DNA from: Candidatus Latescibacterota bacterium | GTDB taxonomy: Bacteria > Latescibacterota > UBA2968 | Direction: 5' to 3' | Length of the DNA stretch: 64,000 nt | Assembly: GCA_965198115.1 (NCBI GenBank) | Contig: OZ240241.1 | Location: 800,001 to 864,000 of the forward strand | Shown here: one piece after another, positions 52,925-63,382 of the stretch | How the letters are laid out: the number at the start of each line of letters is the position of its first letter | How positions within the stretch are numbered: position 1 is the first letter of the stretch | Translations under genes and position numbers: made by a program | The notes under the pieces: model-generated | Database searches by the model: none | What the model was told of the DNA's origin: nothing | What the model saw: the letters and a program-made list of their open reading frames with translations, nothing else

Positions 52925-54469
52925 TCAGTAGCTGACGTCGACGCCTCTGCCTGTCAAAGTGGGAATGACGATCGTCGTTGACTCTTCATCCAACGGGTTG
53001 TCCGAAAGAATCAACTGATCCCCCGTGTCAAGACCGACGTTGTGATCGATCGGCGTCAATCGTTGGATCTGATTGCCGCTTACGTCGAGTGTGACGAGGC
53101 GATGCACGTAAGCCAGCGGGGTGGTGTCGACGATGGCGTTGTGAGAAAGGTCGACGACCTGAAGGTTGTGCAAGTGCTCGATGCCCGAAAGGTCGCTGAT
53201 ACCCGCGTTCGAAACCTGGAGTGAGGACAGCTCATTGAGATGGTCGAGAAAGATGAGTCCGGCGGGTCTGTCGATCGCTCCTCGAATCGCTGCTTCCAGT
53301 GCGTCATCGGGGAACGATACGATGATTGAGCGCTGCGTTCTGACATCGATACCATTCGCTGCGATGGCGGGGATGGTTTCCTCCAGCGCGAGGGCCGAAA
53401 GCGGATTGCCGGCCACGATGAGCAGGCCATTCGAGAGCAGGATGCCATCGAGCACGGGGTCAAGGGTGGAAATGACGTTGTCACCCAGATCCAGCTCTGT
53501 GAGCGCGAGGTCTTCGAGTGCTGCGATGTCGGTGATCTGGTTCGCCCCCGCCAACAACACCGTCAGCTGTGTCAGGGTTGCCAGTGGCGCCAGGTCTGCG
53601 ATGTCGTTACAGGAAACGTCGAGCCAGTCGAGGTCCACGAGTTCCGACAAAGGACCGACGTCGCGGACCTGATTGAACGCCAGACAGAGGCTGTTCATCG
53701 ATGTTAGCGCGCCTAAGGGTTCGACGTCGTTGACCTGGTTTCGCAACAGGTTGAGGAATTCGAGATTGGACAAGCTATCTAAGGGGGAGACGTCGGAGAT
53801 TCGGTTGTCATCCAGATCGATCCAGACCAGACTGGTCACCGCAGACAGAGGGGATAGATCGCTGATCCGGTTTTCGGAGAGGATGAGGTCTTCCAGGTTC
53901 GTCAAATTTTCCAGGCCGGAGAGATCGCCGACTTCGTTCCCGTGAAGGTCAATCAGGGAGAGGGCGGACAGATCGGTCAGAGGCGTGAGGTCTGCGATCC
54001 GATTATTCCGCAGCTCGAGGTGGGTCAAGGACGTGAGCGAGGCGATCGGTGTCAGGTCGGCAACGTCGTTGTACGAGAGCAGGAGCGTCCGAAGCGCGTG
54101 GAAATGATCCAGCCCCGTGAGGTCTTCGATCCCGCTGAGCTTCAACGGCAGGTCGGTTACTTCTGAGAAGTCTGCGGGTTCGATCTCCTCGTCGGTCTTG
54201 CCGATGATCGCACGGATTTCGGATTCGAGATTGGGATCCCGAAACAGCGACTGGTGTCCGAATCTCGATGTGAAAAAGATGAAATCGGCCAGGTTAACGG
54301 CACCATCTTCGTCGAAGTCGAACCGATCATCTTCCGAACCAAAGGCGCTGGCGAATGGCACGAAATCGCCGAAATCCACCGATCCACTATGATCGATGTC
54401 CAATTGTGCTGTGGTTTGGGCGAACGGAGAAGTGGCTGTGCGCAGCAACAGCAGAAGGAGGAGAACCAT
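52925..54469 (-). CDS. Secreted internalin-like LRR protein with dockerin/EF-hand domain
   Basis: Signal peptide, DIDHSGSVDFGDF / DFDEDGAVNLADF, many LxxLxLxxNxIxDLxPL repeats. Confidence 0.85.
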   Translation of the reverse strand: MVLLLLLLLRTATSPFAQTTAQLDIDHSGSVDFGDFVPFASAFGSEDDRFDFDEDGAVNLADFIFFTSRFGHQSLFRDPNLESEIRAIIGKTDEEIEPADFSEVTDLPLKLSGIEDLTGLDHFHALRTLLLSYNDVADLTPIASLTSLTHLELRNNRIADLTPLTDLSALSLIDLHGNEVGDLSGLENLTNLEDLILSENRISDLSPLSAVTSLVWIDLDDNRISDVSPLDSLSNLEFLNLLRNQVNDVEPLGALTSMNSLCLAFNQVRDVGPLSELVDLDWLDVSCNDIADLAPLATLTQLTVLLAGANQITDIAALEDLALTELDLGDNVISTLDPVLDGILLSNGLLIVAGNPLSALALEETIPAIAANGIDVRTQRSIIVSFPDDALEAAIRGAIDRPAGLIFLDHLNELSSLQVSNAGISDLSGIEHLHNLQVVDLSHNAIVDTTPLAYVHRLVTLDVSGNQIQRLTPIDHNVGLDTGDQLILSDNPLDEESTTIVIPTLTGRGVDVSY

Positions 54470-54562
54470 CGAGGGCGTCCTGCGAGAGCGCAGGGGAGAA
54501 GAGAGGTGTGGGGAAGGGACCAAGCCCTGGGGAAGGACGAGATATATAGAACGTCGTGCGTT

Positions 54563-55327
54563 CTAATTCACGGTGAAACCACCGACAAGCGTGTCGTCCT
54601 GACTATCGGGATTGATGACGCGGACGTCGCGTGGCCCTGACGCGGCGTTGTTCTTCACTTTGATATTGCAGATGATCGAAACCGAACTGATGAAGGTGAC
54701 ACTGTTCTCTACAACCCGGCTCGGAATCTTGACTTGAGGTGTCGCAACGAAATCGGTACCGGCGATTGTGATGTCCAGCGTATCTCCGGGATCCGCGTTA
54801 TCGGGTGTGACGCTGATGACGGTTGGCGGAGGGGGTGGCGCGTTGACGGTGAACCCGTTCACCAGAATGTCACCCTGGCCGTCTGGATTGACGACAAAGA
54901 CATCATAGGTGCCGGGGATCGCGGTATTACGGACCTTGAGGTCGACGATACAGCTACTCGAACTGATGAAGGTCACGCCTCTGACGTTGAAGTTTACACC
55001 GAGGTCGAAATCAGGCGTGGCGACGAAATCCGAGCCCGTCGCGGTCACATTCAGCCTGTCCCCGATTTCGGCGTTGTCGGGATCCATATCGGTCAGGACG
55101 GGTGGTGGATCGACGGGTGGTGGGGCATTCGGGTCCGAGTTGTTGATGGGACTGGTGGCGTAGGCGTCGGTGGGCAGGTAGATCGTATGAATCACCGGAG
55201 CCACGTAGGGCAACAGGGCGGACCGCTTCAGGTTCTTCCTCAGGAAGTCTCTGCGAGAGGTTCCGTCCTCTTGCGACGCATCGGAAGCAACGTCATCCCG
55301 GTGGAGCTCTTTTTCTCGATCGGACAC
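54563..55327 (-). CDS. Protein with RR-type leader and two IPT/TIG-like domains
   Basis: SRRDFLR...YVAPVI...AYA; two repeats of PDNA..GD.L...GxDFVATP...V.NPD.Q...GFTVN. Confidence 0.75.
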   Translation of the reverse strand: MSDREKELHRDDVASDASQEDGTSRRDFLRKNLKRSALLPYVAPVIHTIYLPTDAYATSPINNSDPNAPPPVDPPPVLTDMDPDNAEIGDRLNVTATGSDFVATPDFDLGVNFNVRGVTFISSSSCIVDLKVRNTAIPGTYDVFVVNPDGQGDILVNGFTVNAPPPPPTVISVTPDNADPGDTLDITIAGTDFVATPQVKIPSRVVENSVTFISSVSIICNIKVKNNAASGPRDVRVINPDSQDDTLVGGFTVN

Positions 55328-55502
55328 GGTTTCCCCTGTTGTTCACTTCGCACCGGCCCTGCAAACATAGGAAACAAAATCAAACCGAGCAACCGCCGGT
55401 CTTGGCCTGTATCAGACCGTACTATCGGATCGTATTTTTGCCGGTTGCTTTCGTATCATACTGTAAATATAACATTTATAGTAACGTCCGATTGGCACTC
55501 CT

Positions 55503-55526
55503 AAAAGTGGCCCCGGGGCCACTTTT
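55503..55526. repeat. 24-bp perfect palindrome
   Basis: AAAAGTGGCCCCGGGGCCACTTTT. Confidence 0.7.
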
Positions 55527-55600
55527 GGGCTCAGCCGACTCCTCAGACGCTGGGAAGCGAAGGGGGCCTTCACAAGATGCGACCCGATGTTCGATTCTCG

Positions 55601-55812
55601 ATCCTCAATCTTCAATGTAATGGTGGGCCCAGCTCCCTCGATACGACCGATCAATCCCAGCCTCAATGGCGAAGGCTCTGCCAAAAGCGTGGCGGTCTAC
55701 TCGGGATGATCGGGCGAATCTGCTCGGGTATGGGAAAAAGCGAGTGTGAAGCCCATCGCAAGCGGCGCCAAAATGTTCAATCCTCAATCTTCAATGTAAT
55801 GGTGGGCCCAGC
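55601..55812. repeat. 33-bp direct repeat containing the tRNA 3' end
   Basis: ATCCTCAATCTTCAATGTAATGGTGGGCCCAGC at 55601-55633 and 55780-55812. Confidence 0.85.
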
Positions 55813-55846
55813 AGGATTCGAACCTGCGACCGATCGATTATGAGTC
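55800..55846 (-). tRNA. 3' fragment of tRNA(CAU) (Ile2 or Met); likely att site, not a complete tRNA
   Basis: GACTCATAATCGATCGGTCGCAGGTTCGAATCCTGCTGGGCCCACCA: anticodon loop, T arm and CCA present; 5' half absent. Confidence 0.85.
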
Positions 55847-56212
55847 ACTATCCGGTGCCTTCCACTTTGCATCGGTTTATCCGGGTTTGCCCAGGTTTGT
55901 TCCAAGAGGTCACCGTGATATGCGCCCTATGTCATAACACGTTGTCCACTAAATAGTTGTCCTCCAAGTATCGGGGATGGACACTTTTTGGACACCTTGG
56001 GCGGACGGGTTGGTTGAGCCATTTGGACTGTCCACCGTCCACGATCTCCAGGTAAAGGGTTCTTTGTACATCAGCTTGACAGGTGTTTACAATGTCAATC
56101 CGTCTGATTTGGCCAGAACTCACTCTATGAATGGGTTTTCTCTATTTACGTGTCGGTGTGCGCGTTACAATCTGGGAGAGCTCTTCCGATTTCGGACGCA
56201 TAACCGGGTTCG

Positions 56213-56644
56213 ATGAAACTCAAGAACAAACATTTCGAGTCGATCGAGCAGATCGTGGCCTGTGAAATTGAGGGCGACGGCATCTCGGAGATGGCACGTC
56301 GTTGTGCGGTGTCACGCCAGACGATCTACAGCTGGCTGCGCGATCCAGCCTTTCGTCAGGTGCTCGATCAGCGTCGTGCCCTGTGGGATCGCGACATCGG
56401 CCAAATCAGGTTGACGCGCCGAAGGGCAAGGATTGAGGATTTGGCTGCGATCGCCGAGGATCCGGCGACGAATAACTCGATCAAGCTGCGGGCTTTGAAG
56501 CAGATCGCCGATGAGACGGCCGCTGATGTTGAGGGGATGATCGAGTCCCTGCAGGAGCAAATTGATCTTCTCAAGCGCCAGATCGCCGGTGAGGTCGGGT
56601 TGGCCCTTCACCGTCCAGAAGGCAAAAGTCCACCCACCCGGTGA
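56213..56644 (+). CDS. Helix-turn-helix protein (phage small-terminase/phBC6A51-like)
   Basis: ISEMARRCAVSRQTIYSWLRDPAF. Confidence 0.65.
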   Translation: MKLKNKHFESIEQIVACEIEGDGISEMARRCAVSRQTIYSWLRDPAFRQVLDQRRALWDRDIGQIRLTRRRARIEDLAAIAEDPATNNSIKLRALKQIADETAADVEGMIESLQEQIDLLKRQIAGEVGLALHRPEGKSPPTR

Positions 56645-56653
56645 CAGTGTTTC

Positions 56654-57322
56654 CGTTACAATCTGGGAGAGCTCTTCCGATTTCGGACGCATAACCGGGT
56701 TCGATGAAACTCAAGAACAAACATTTCGAGTCGATCGAGCAGATCGTGGCCTGTGAAATTGAGGGCGACGGCATCTCGGAGATGGCACGTCGTTGCATCC
56801 GCATCCGGCAATGAAATGACTCGCCCACCACGTAAACCACGATATCGCTTTGCCGCATCGTCAAAGCTGTCCGCGAACGCATACGCATCCTGCTCCCAGG
56901 TGAGAAGGGCGATGCCATCTCTGATTGCATTTAGAAGAACCGTCGAGTCGCTGACCCGTGGCAGATAGAGATACCGCGCAAAATCCTCGACGATTTGTTT
57001 GATCGACACATGGTCGCCGCGCCAGAGAGGTACGCGATCAAGCTCCATCCGTAGTCGGAGCCGAGCCGTAACCACGCTGTCCGCAGCCTCCTTTTGGGTT
57101 TCGGCCGGCCAAATCAGGTTGACGCGCCGAAGGGCAAGGATTGAGGATTTGGCTGCGATCGTCGAGGATCCGGCGACGAATGACTCGATCAAGCTCCGGG
57201 CCCTGAAGCAGATCGCCGACGAGACGGCCGCCGACGTTGAGGGGATGCTCTACGACCTCCAGTATAAGATCGCGCAGCTCGAGCGAGAGGTAATCGGGGA
57301 TCGCCCTCGAGCGAATGGTTGA
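56654..57322 (+). pseudogene. Second, disrupted copy of the HTH gene
   Basis: 56654-56795 is identical to 56163-56304; sequence from 57106 matches from 56398; the middle is replaced by a 310-bp foreign piece. Confidence 0.8.
56796..57105 (-). pseudogene. Fragment of a DUF499 AAA+ ATPase gene
   Basis: LDRVPLWRGDHVSIKQIVEDFARYLYLPR...LLTWEQD...RYRGL, recognised from memory of the family. Confidence 0.65.
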
Positions 57323-57390
57323 CTTGGCAAGATCCGAAAGCCTGATCAGGACAGCTACCAATTCGCAGGGCCTCTGACTTAGGGGCGGAG

Positions 57391-57788
57391 ATGGCTACGA
57401 AGCAGGGAAGAATCAGGCTGCGGGGAATCATCGAGACGGACGAGACGCACGTCGGCGGAAAACCCAGAAACCGCGGTGGACAGGGGAAAAAAGGGAACCC
57501 CAGGGGACGGGGAACGAGGAAGACTCCCGTTATAGGAGCCGTGGAGCGGGGAGGAAAGGTCGTGGCGAGGTTTCGGACGACCTGTCCGGAAAAGGGGTGC
57601 TGAACTTTATCAGGACTGTTGTTGACCCGGACGGGTCCAGGCTGGTCACGGACGAATACGGAGCCTACAGGATCGTGAGGCGCGTAATGGATCACTCCGT
57701 CATCAATCACCAGAAGCAATGGGTGAACGGAGAGGTCCACACGAACACCATCGAGGGCGTATGGTCTCTGCTCCCTACTTGGAGGTAA
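57391..57788 (+). mobile_element. IS1595-family transposase remnant, frameshifted
   Basis: ETDETHVGG, RGRGTRKTPV, TDEYGAY, HTNTIEGVWSLL. Confidence 0.88.
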
Positions 57789-57794
57789 AATTAT

Positions 57795-59212
57795 GGCTCT
57801 ATCCGGGTTTCTCAACGGTGAAACTATAGAATGACAAGGTCATAGATCGTTCCCTACGCTTGGTTGTGTGTGTAGGACAATCAAAGCGAAGGGGGTGCGA
57901 CCTATGACCGGGAGCAGATTACTATCGAAACTGCTGAGATTCAAGGGGTTCCGTGTTGTCAGCTGGTGGTTTGAGGGGAGAAGCTGCTTCGTCATCGCCG
58001 TAAAGCCACATAAGAATGGTTGTTGTTGTCCGGAGTGCGGCCGTCGAGGTAAAATCGTCCGCACAATGCCCCATCCGCGTCGGTGGCGTGACATTCCGGT
58101 GTGCGGGTGGAGGGTCTGGCTTCTCTACCATCCTCGGGAGATTCGGTGTCCTACCCACGGTCGTGTGGTCGAGGAGATTCCGTGGGCGGAGCGGTTCTCT
58201 CGGGTGACGTATCGCTTCGAGTATGCCATGCTGCGCTACTGCCAGACCATGACGCAGAAGGCGGCGTCCGAGTTGCTGCGCATCTCTGCCTCGACGCTGT
58301 CGGATCTCCTTCACCGATCCATCACGCGGCTTCGTGAAGGTCATCGTATCCGAGGGCTCAAAACCATCGGGATCGACGAGATCTCCTACGCCAAGCGTCA
58401 CAGGTACGCCACGCTCGTTTACGATCTGGACCGCTCCTGCGTGGTGTGGGTTGGCCGCGGCAGGGCGCGTAAAACGATCGATCGGTTCTTCACAGAGGCT
58501 CTCAGTCCCTACCGGAGATCCAAGATCGAGTGGGCCTGCTGCGACATGAGCGAAGCTTACATCGGAGCCATCCAGGAACACTGTCCGAATGCCAAGCTGG
58601 TCCTCGATCGCTTTCACATCGTCAAGGCTCTCAATGCCGCCGTTGACGAGGTCCGTAAGGACCAGTGGCGTAAAGCTGCCCCGGATGAGCGCAAAGCCAT
58701 GAAGGGCCTCCGATGGCTCCTCTACCGGCACTCAGCGACACGCTCCAGAGGGGATACTCGGACACTCAAAGCACTGGAGAAGGCGAACTACCGAATCTAT
58801 AGAGCCTGGAGACTCAAGGACGAGTTCGAGCAGTTCTGGGAATACAAAGCGCCCTGGGCTGCCGAACGCTTCCTGAAATGCTGGACGACGTCCGCACTCA
58901 GAAGTCGACGTGAACCCCTGCGAAAGTTCGTCAGGACCCTGCGACAGCACTTCTTCGGCGTCCTCGCATTCGTGAACACGCGTCTTACCAACGCCATCGC
59001 CGAAGGCCTCAACCGAATCGTCCAAATCGTCAAGAACCGAGCCAGCGGATTCCGCACACTCGACGCATTACGATATGATCTTCCTTACCGTCGGAGACAT
59101 AAACATCCCTGAGCAGATTCCGAAGAGGTTCCGCACACTCTAACCGCGCCCCCATGCCAGGAACCACGGCACCTTCACCCACTTCATCTCGTTGAGAGAT
59201 CCGGATATAGCC
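57795..59212 (+). mobile_element. ISL3 copy 2 (1418 bp); transposase from 57904 with a 2-bp deletion near 59068
   Basis: Same terminal IRs as copy 1; perfect 8-bp target duplication AAAATTAT (57787-57794, 59213-59220). Confidence 0.95.
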
Positions 59213-59322
59213 AAAATTATGTATGATTGGAATCCTGTAGGCTCCGTATTCGTCCGTGACAGGCTCCTTCGATGCCCCAGATGGTGAGCGGTGTCTGAGT
59301 TTGACGCCCTGCGCTTGAAGAG

Positions 59323-59407
59323 TGTCCATAAAACCCTCCTGAACCGTCACCGGTAAGTGGTTGTTTTTCATTGCCCTGCATATCTATCTTTGAACTGTCC
59401 ATAAAAC
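59323..59407. promoter_or_regulatory. Putative res-type recombinase binding repeats
   Basis: TGTCCATAAAAC at 59323-59334 and 59396-59407, upstream of the resolvase. Confidence 0.5.
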
Positions 59408-59427
59408 TTTAATTTTAAGTACACAAT

Positions 59428-60030
59428 ATGGAGGGTGACAGAATGGCACCCAAGAAGAATGCACGCGTCGGCATCTACGCCAGGGTCAGTACGGGAGAGC
59501 AGAATCCCAGGATGCAGCTGAAGGAGCTGCGGGAGTATGCCCGTAATCTGGACGTCGTCGGGGAGTTCGTGGACAAGGAGTCAGGAGCGAAGGATAGACG
59601 ACCCGAACTGGACCGTCTATGGTGCCTCGTGCGGGGGCGGAAGGTCGATGCGGTGCTGGTCTGGCGGTTCGACCGGTTCGCAAGGAGCACGAAGCAGTTG
59701 GTCGATGCCCTGGAGGAGATGAATCACCTGGGTGTCGATTTCATCAGCCTGCACGAGCAGATCGACACATCATCGCCGATGGGTAAGGCGATGTTCACGA
59801 TAGTGAGTGCCATCAGCGAGTTCGAAAGGGAGATAATCCGGGAGCGTGTGCGTGCCGGGCTGGCAAGGGCGAAGGCAGAAGGCAAGAAGCTGGGACGACC
59901 AGGCGTCTCAAAGGCCAAGGTCGAGGCCATCCATCGACTGCGAGCGGACAGGCTGAGTATTCGCGACATTGCCAGGCAGGTCAGAATCAGCAAGAGCGCC
60001 GTTCACAACGTCATAGCCGGTGGTGTATAG
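59428..60030 (+). CDS. Serine recombinase (resolvase/invertase)
   Basis: YARVST, DRFARS, EFEREIIRER, GKKLGRP, C-terminal HTH. Confidence 0.95.
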   Translation: MEGDRMAPKKNARVGIYARVSTGEQNPRMQLKELREYARNLDVVGEFVDKESGAKDRRPELDRLWCLVRGRKVDAVLVWRFDRFARSTKQLVDALEEMNHLGVDFISLHEQIDTSSPMGKAMFTIVSAISEFEREIIRERVRAGLARAKAEGKKLGRPGVSKAKVEAIHRLRADRLSIRDIARQVRISKSAVHNVIAGGV

Positions 60031-60179
60031 AGTCTCCCCCTGGGCACCTTTCCAATCCTTGCTCCCCCCCAGGACCCGGCACCCCTATCGACGCGGCCGT
60101 CGGGAGGGGGCCCCCACAGTTTTAAATCGCTCAACACCCTCCAGGGGCACATTGACCCGCCTTACCGGAGTTCGTCCAT

Positions 60180-60533
60180 TCTACACGCTGAACCATCTCT
60201 GAGTCGCCACGCAAGACGTCGTAGAGGGTGCAGCGATAGGACTCATCTGAACCCCTGACCTGAGGGATGGCGACCTCGAGACGACCTTCAGCCGTATCCA
60301 GATAGCCCGGCTCGTAACCGCTGCGAAACCCTCGCCGACCCTCACCCTGTTCATTACCGGTCGACGCCCAGATGGTCCCGCTGGTGGGCTTCGAGGCCCT
60401 CTTGAGTGATCAACTGTGTCGAGAGCTGAACCAACTGAGTCAACACATCCTCTGCACTGTCAATGTCCTGGAGTCTTTCGATGAACTCAGTAACCTCCTT
60501 GCGAAGCTTAACACTCGGCGATAGCTTCTTCAT
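60180..60533 (-). mobile_element. Degenerate IS256-family transposase N-terminal remnant
   Basis: QEGLEAHQRDHLGVDR* then, frameshifted, GFRSGYEPGYLDTAEGRLEVAIPQVRG; not in the ORF track. Confidence 0.65.
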
Positions 60534-60977
60534 ACGGCGTGGCCTGTGCCCACTCGGGGCGTGAGGTTTTTTGGGACCTCAGGAAGATAGTTCACGCCGC
60601 TTCTTTTGCAGGAAACCTAAGACATTACCAGCTCTACACGGACTGATAAACGTGCAGGGACAAGAAGAAGACCACCCAATCCACCGACCTGTTGTGGGCA
60701 AAATCCAACGAGCTATAATCAAAAGGTGTGGAAAAAGAGAAAGGGCGACCCTACACTTCCCGTGAGATAGTTGATTCACACAAAACCGGGTGAGAGGCCC
60801 GGTTGGGAAGGAGGATCGCCGTGAAGAGGGGGGACAAAAACACACCCCTATCCCATCTTTAAGGTGCAGAATCAATTATAATTTCCACAGTGTCAGTAAA
60901 AGGACAACCGTTCAGAGTAGGACACTGTCCTATTTAACACAAAAGGGCCAATTTAGAGACCCTGTTAAGGAGATGCT

Positions 60978-63168
60978 ATGGATGATTTAGAAAGATTGGA
61001 ATATATCTTTGATATTCAGGGTTATCTGGTCGTTCCAGATGTTTTGACTTCTGATGAACTGGTGGTGTTGTGCCTATCGTAGTTGAAACTTAGAGGGCTC
61101 CAAACTTACGTTGGGTAGACGTGTAGGAGCGTATACCCGTAAGAAAGAGCCCAGATGGAGAAGCTATTTGTAGGCGATGGTGAAGTCAAGGTTGAGGGCG
61201 ATGTCATCGATTTGGAGACGCGTTTGTCGGTGATCCAGGCGTTGATCCCGTTGGGTCTGAAGGCAGTGGCAGACCTCCTCCAGCAGGAGGTCGAGCAGCT
61301 CGCAGGCGTTCGGTATGCGCGCAAAGGTTCGGAGCAGGCGCATCGTCGGTGGGGAAGCCAGAAGGGATCCGTGTATCTGATGGACCAGAAGCTCCCGTTA
61401 GACGTTCCCCGGGTGCGCGACGTCGAGGCCGACGCAGAGGTTTTCCTGGCTGCATACCGGGCCTCTACAGACGCCCAAGAAGACGGACGAGGGGCTGTTG
61501 CTTCGTGTTCTCAAGGGGATCTCGTGCCGCAACTACAAGGCCTGTGCCGAATCGGTTCCAGAAGCGTTTGGTATCTCAGCGTCCTCCGTCTCGCGGCGGT
61601 TCATCAAAGCCACCGCGAAGAAGCTGAAGCAGTTCCAGGAGCGTCCCCTCGACGACTACGACTTCGTGACCCTGTTCATTGACGGAAAGAGCTTTGCCGA
61701 CGAAGAGATCGTGATCGCTCTGGGGGTCACGATGGACGGCCAGAAGATCCCCCTGGGCTTCGTCGAATCGGCGACGGAGAACGAACGGATCTGCCGCCAG
61801 CTGATCCAAGACCTCATCCGGAGAGGCCTGTGCTACGACCAGGGCCTTCTCGTTGTGCTTGACGGCTCAAAGGGGCTCCGCAGTGCTGTCACCAAAGCCC
61901 TCAAAGGGTATGTCCGCGTTCATCGCTGCCAGTGGCACAAGCGCGAGAATGTCGTCAGCTATCTCCCGGAGAGGGAACGTCCAAGAGTTCGACGGAAGCT
62001 CCAGAAAGCCTATGACTGCGACACCTACGAGGAGGCAAAAGCCGCACTCGAATCACTTAAACCCGAACTGAAGCTGATGAATCAGTCTGCCGTAACGAGC
62101 CTCGAGGAAGGCCTGGAGGAAACCCTGACCCTCCACCGGCTGGGTATGCTCCCATTCCTGAAACGAAGCTTCCGAACCACCAACTGCATCGAAGCCCTCA
62201 ACAGCAGGACCGGCGAGCTCACTCGGAAGGTCAGACGCTGGAACAACTCTCCCCAGAGACACAGATGGGTGGCTGCCGCACTCCTCGACATCGAACCTCG
62301 CCTGCGACGCGTGAGCGGATACAAACATCTTCCCCTACTCAGGCAAGCACTGAACAAAGATCTGAATCTCGACAACGAACAGAATGCTCAAAAGAGAGCC
62401 TGACCAAACTACGGGGCCCGATGAGTTTTCAACTGACTATGGGACTTGACCGAACTGGTTGAGCTCAATAGATTGATGGATGCGCAGAATTTACCCGGGC
62501 CTGAAAAGCGCATTCGTTTTGGAGAGGCTGCGGGTGGTGCGCGTGAGTCTGGGCCAGGTTTTCTTGCTTATGGCAAGCCGTTTTGTGATCTGCTGGATCA
62601 CAAGCGCACGATGCCAATCTTGCGGATGATGCTGGGGGACTGTTTTCGTCTGGATCGGATTTATGGGATTTACATGGACGATGGGATGGAGGCCAGGCGT
62701 TTGCACGGGGGCAACACACCCTATTCGCCGGGGGAATACTATCACGTACGCGATGGAAAGATTGTCAATGGCTTTACGGTGGTGTCGTGGAATCTGACAG
62801 ATACAGGGCCCGATTACGGTGGATTCTGTTGTATTCCCGGCAGCCACAAGGGAAATTTCAGGCTGCCAGAACAGATTCACGAGGCAAAGGATAAAGATCC
62901 CTTTGTCATTATTCCCGAAGCACCTGCCGATTCGGTGATTATGTTTACTGAAGCGTTGACGCATGGAACCGCATCGTGGCGCGGTAAACATCAGCGGCGC
63001 ACGTTGCTGTATAAATACTGTCAGTCGCAAGTGGCGTGGGGCAATACACGTGTGAAGATGCCCGAAGGGATTGAGTTGAGTGAGCGGCAGAAGATTTTGT
63101 TTCGAGAACCGGCTGAACCGAGGACGTTTTTTGATTCCCTGTTTGAGGAAGAACTGGCAACCGCTTGA
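60978..63168 (+). pseudogene. PhyH-family dioxygenase split by IS256
   Basis: MDDLERLEYIFDIQGYLVVPDVLTSDELV before the IS; ELVELNR...IPGSHK...EALTHG after it. Confidence 0.88.
61064..62451 (+). mobile_element. IS256-family element; transposase 61155-62403 with a frameshift near 61464
   Basis: 8-bp target duplication GAACTGGT (61056-61063, 62452-62459); imperfect IRs; FIDG, LDGSKGL, RCQWHK, RTTNCIE. Confidence 0.92.
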
Positions 63169-63196
63169 GTGAGTAGCAAGCCTTGCGAGGAGAAAG

Positions 63197-63382
63197 GTGT
63201 TAATTACAGGTGGAACCGGTTATGTGGCCAGGCGGATGTTGCCGGCGTTGCGTGAACGGAATGACCTGGCAATTTTGGATGTGAAGACAACCAATGGCAG
63301 GGCGAGGATGTTGAGGATGCGGACGCCTTTGGATGTGAAGACAACCAACCGGCAGGGCGAGGAGGTTGAGGATGCGGACGCC
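63197..63382 (+). pseudogene. NAD-dependent epimerase/dehydratase N-terminal fragment with a tandem duplication
   Basis: LITGGTGYV; near-identical units of about 54 bp at 63275-63327 and 63329-63382. Confidence 0.65.

Noticed and set aside
55601-55812. CRISPR array from the 33-bp repeat
   Set aside because: Only two copies, 146 bp between them, tRNA-derived, no cas genes
55800-55846. Complete tRNA gene
   Set aside because: The 5' acceptor strand, D arm and most of the 5' anticodon stem are absent
6379-59212. Composite transposon bounded by the two ISL3 copies
   Set aside because: Copy 2 has its own target duplication, copy 1 sits inside one continuous gene, and the span holds core genes
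61440-61500. Programmed frameshift in the IS256 transposase
   Set aside because: No slippery motif seen and IS256 normally has a single ORF; likely mutation or sequencing error
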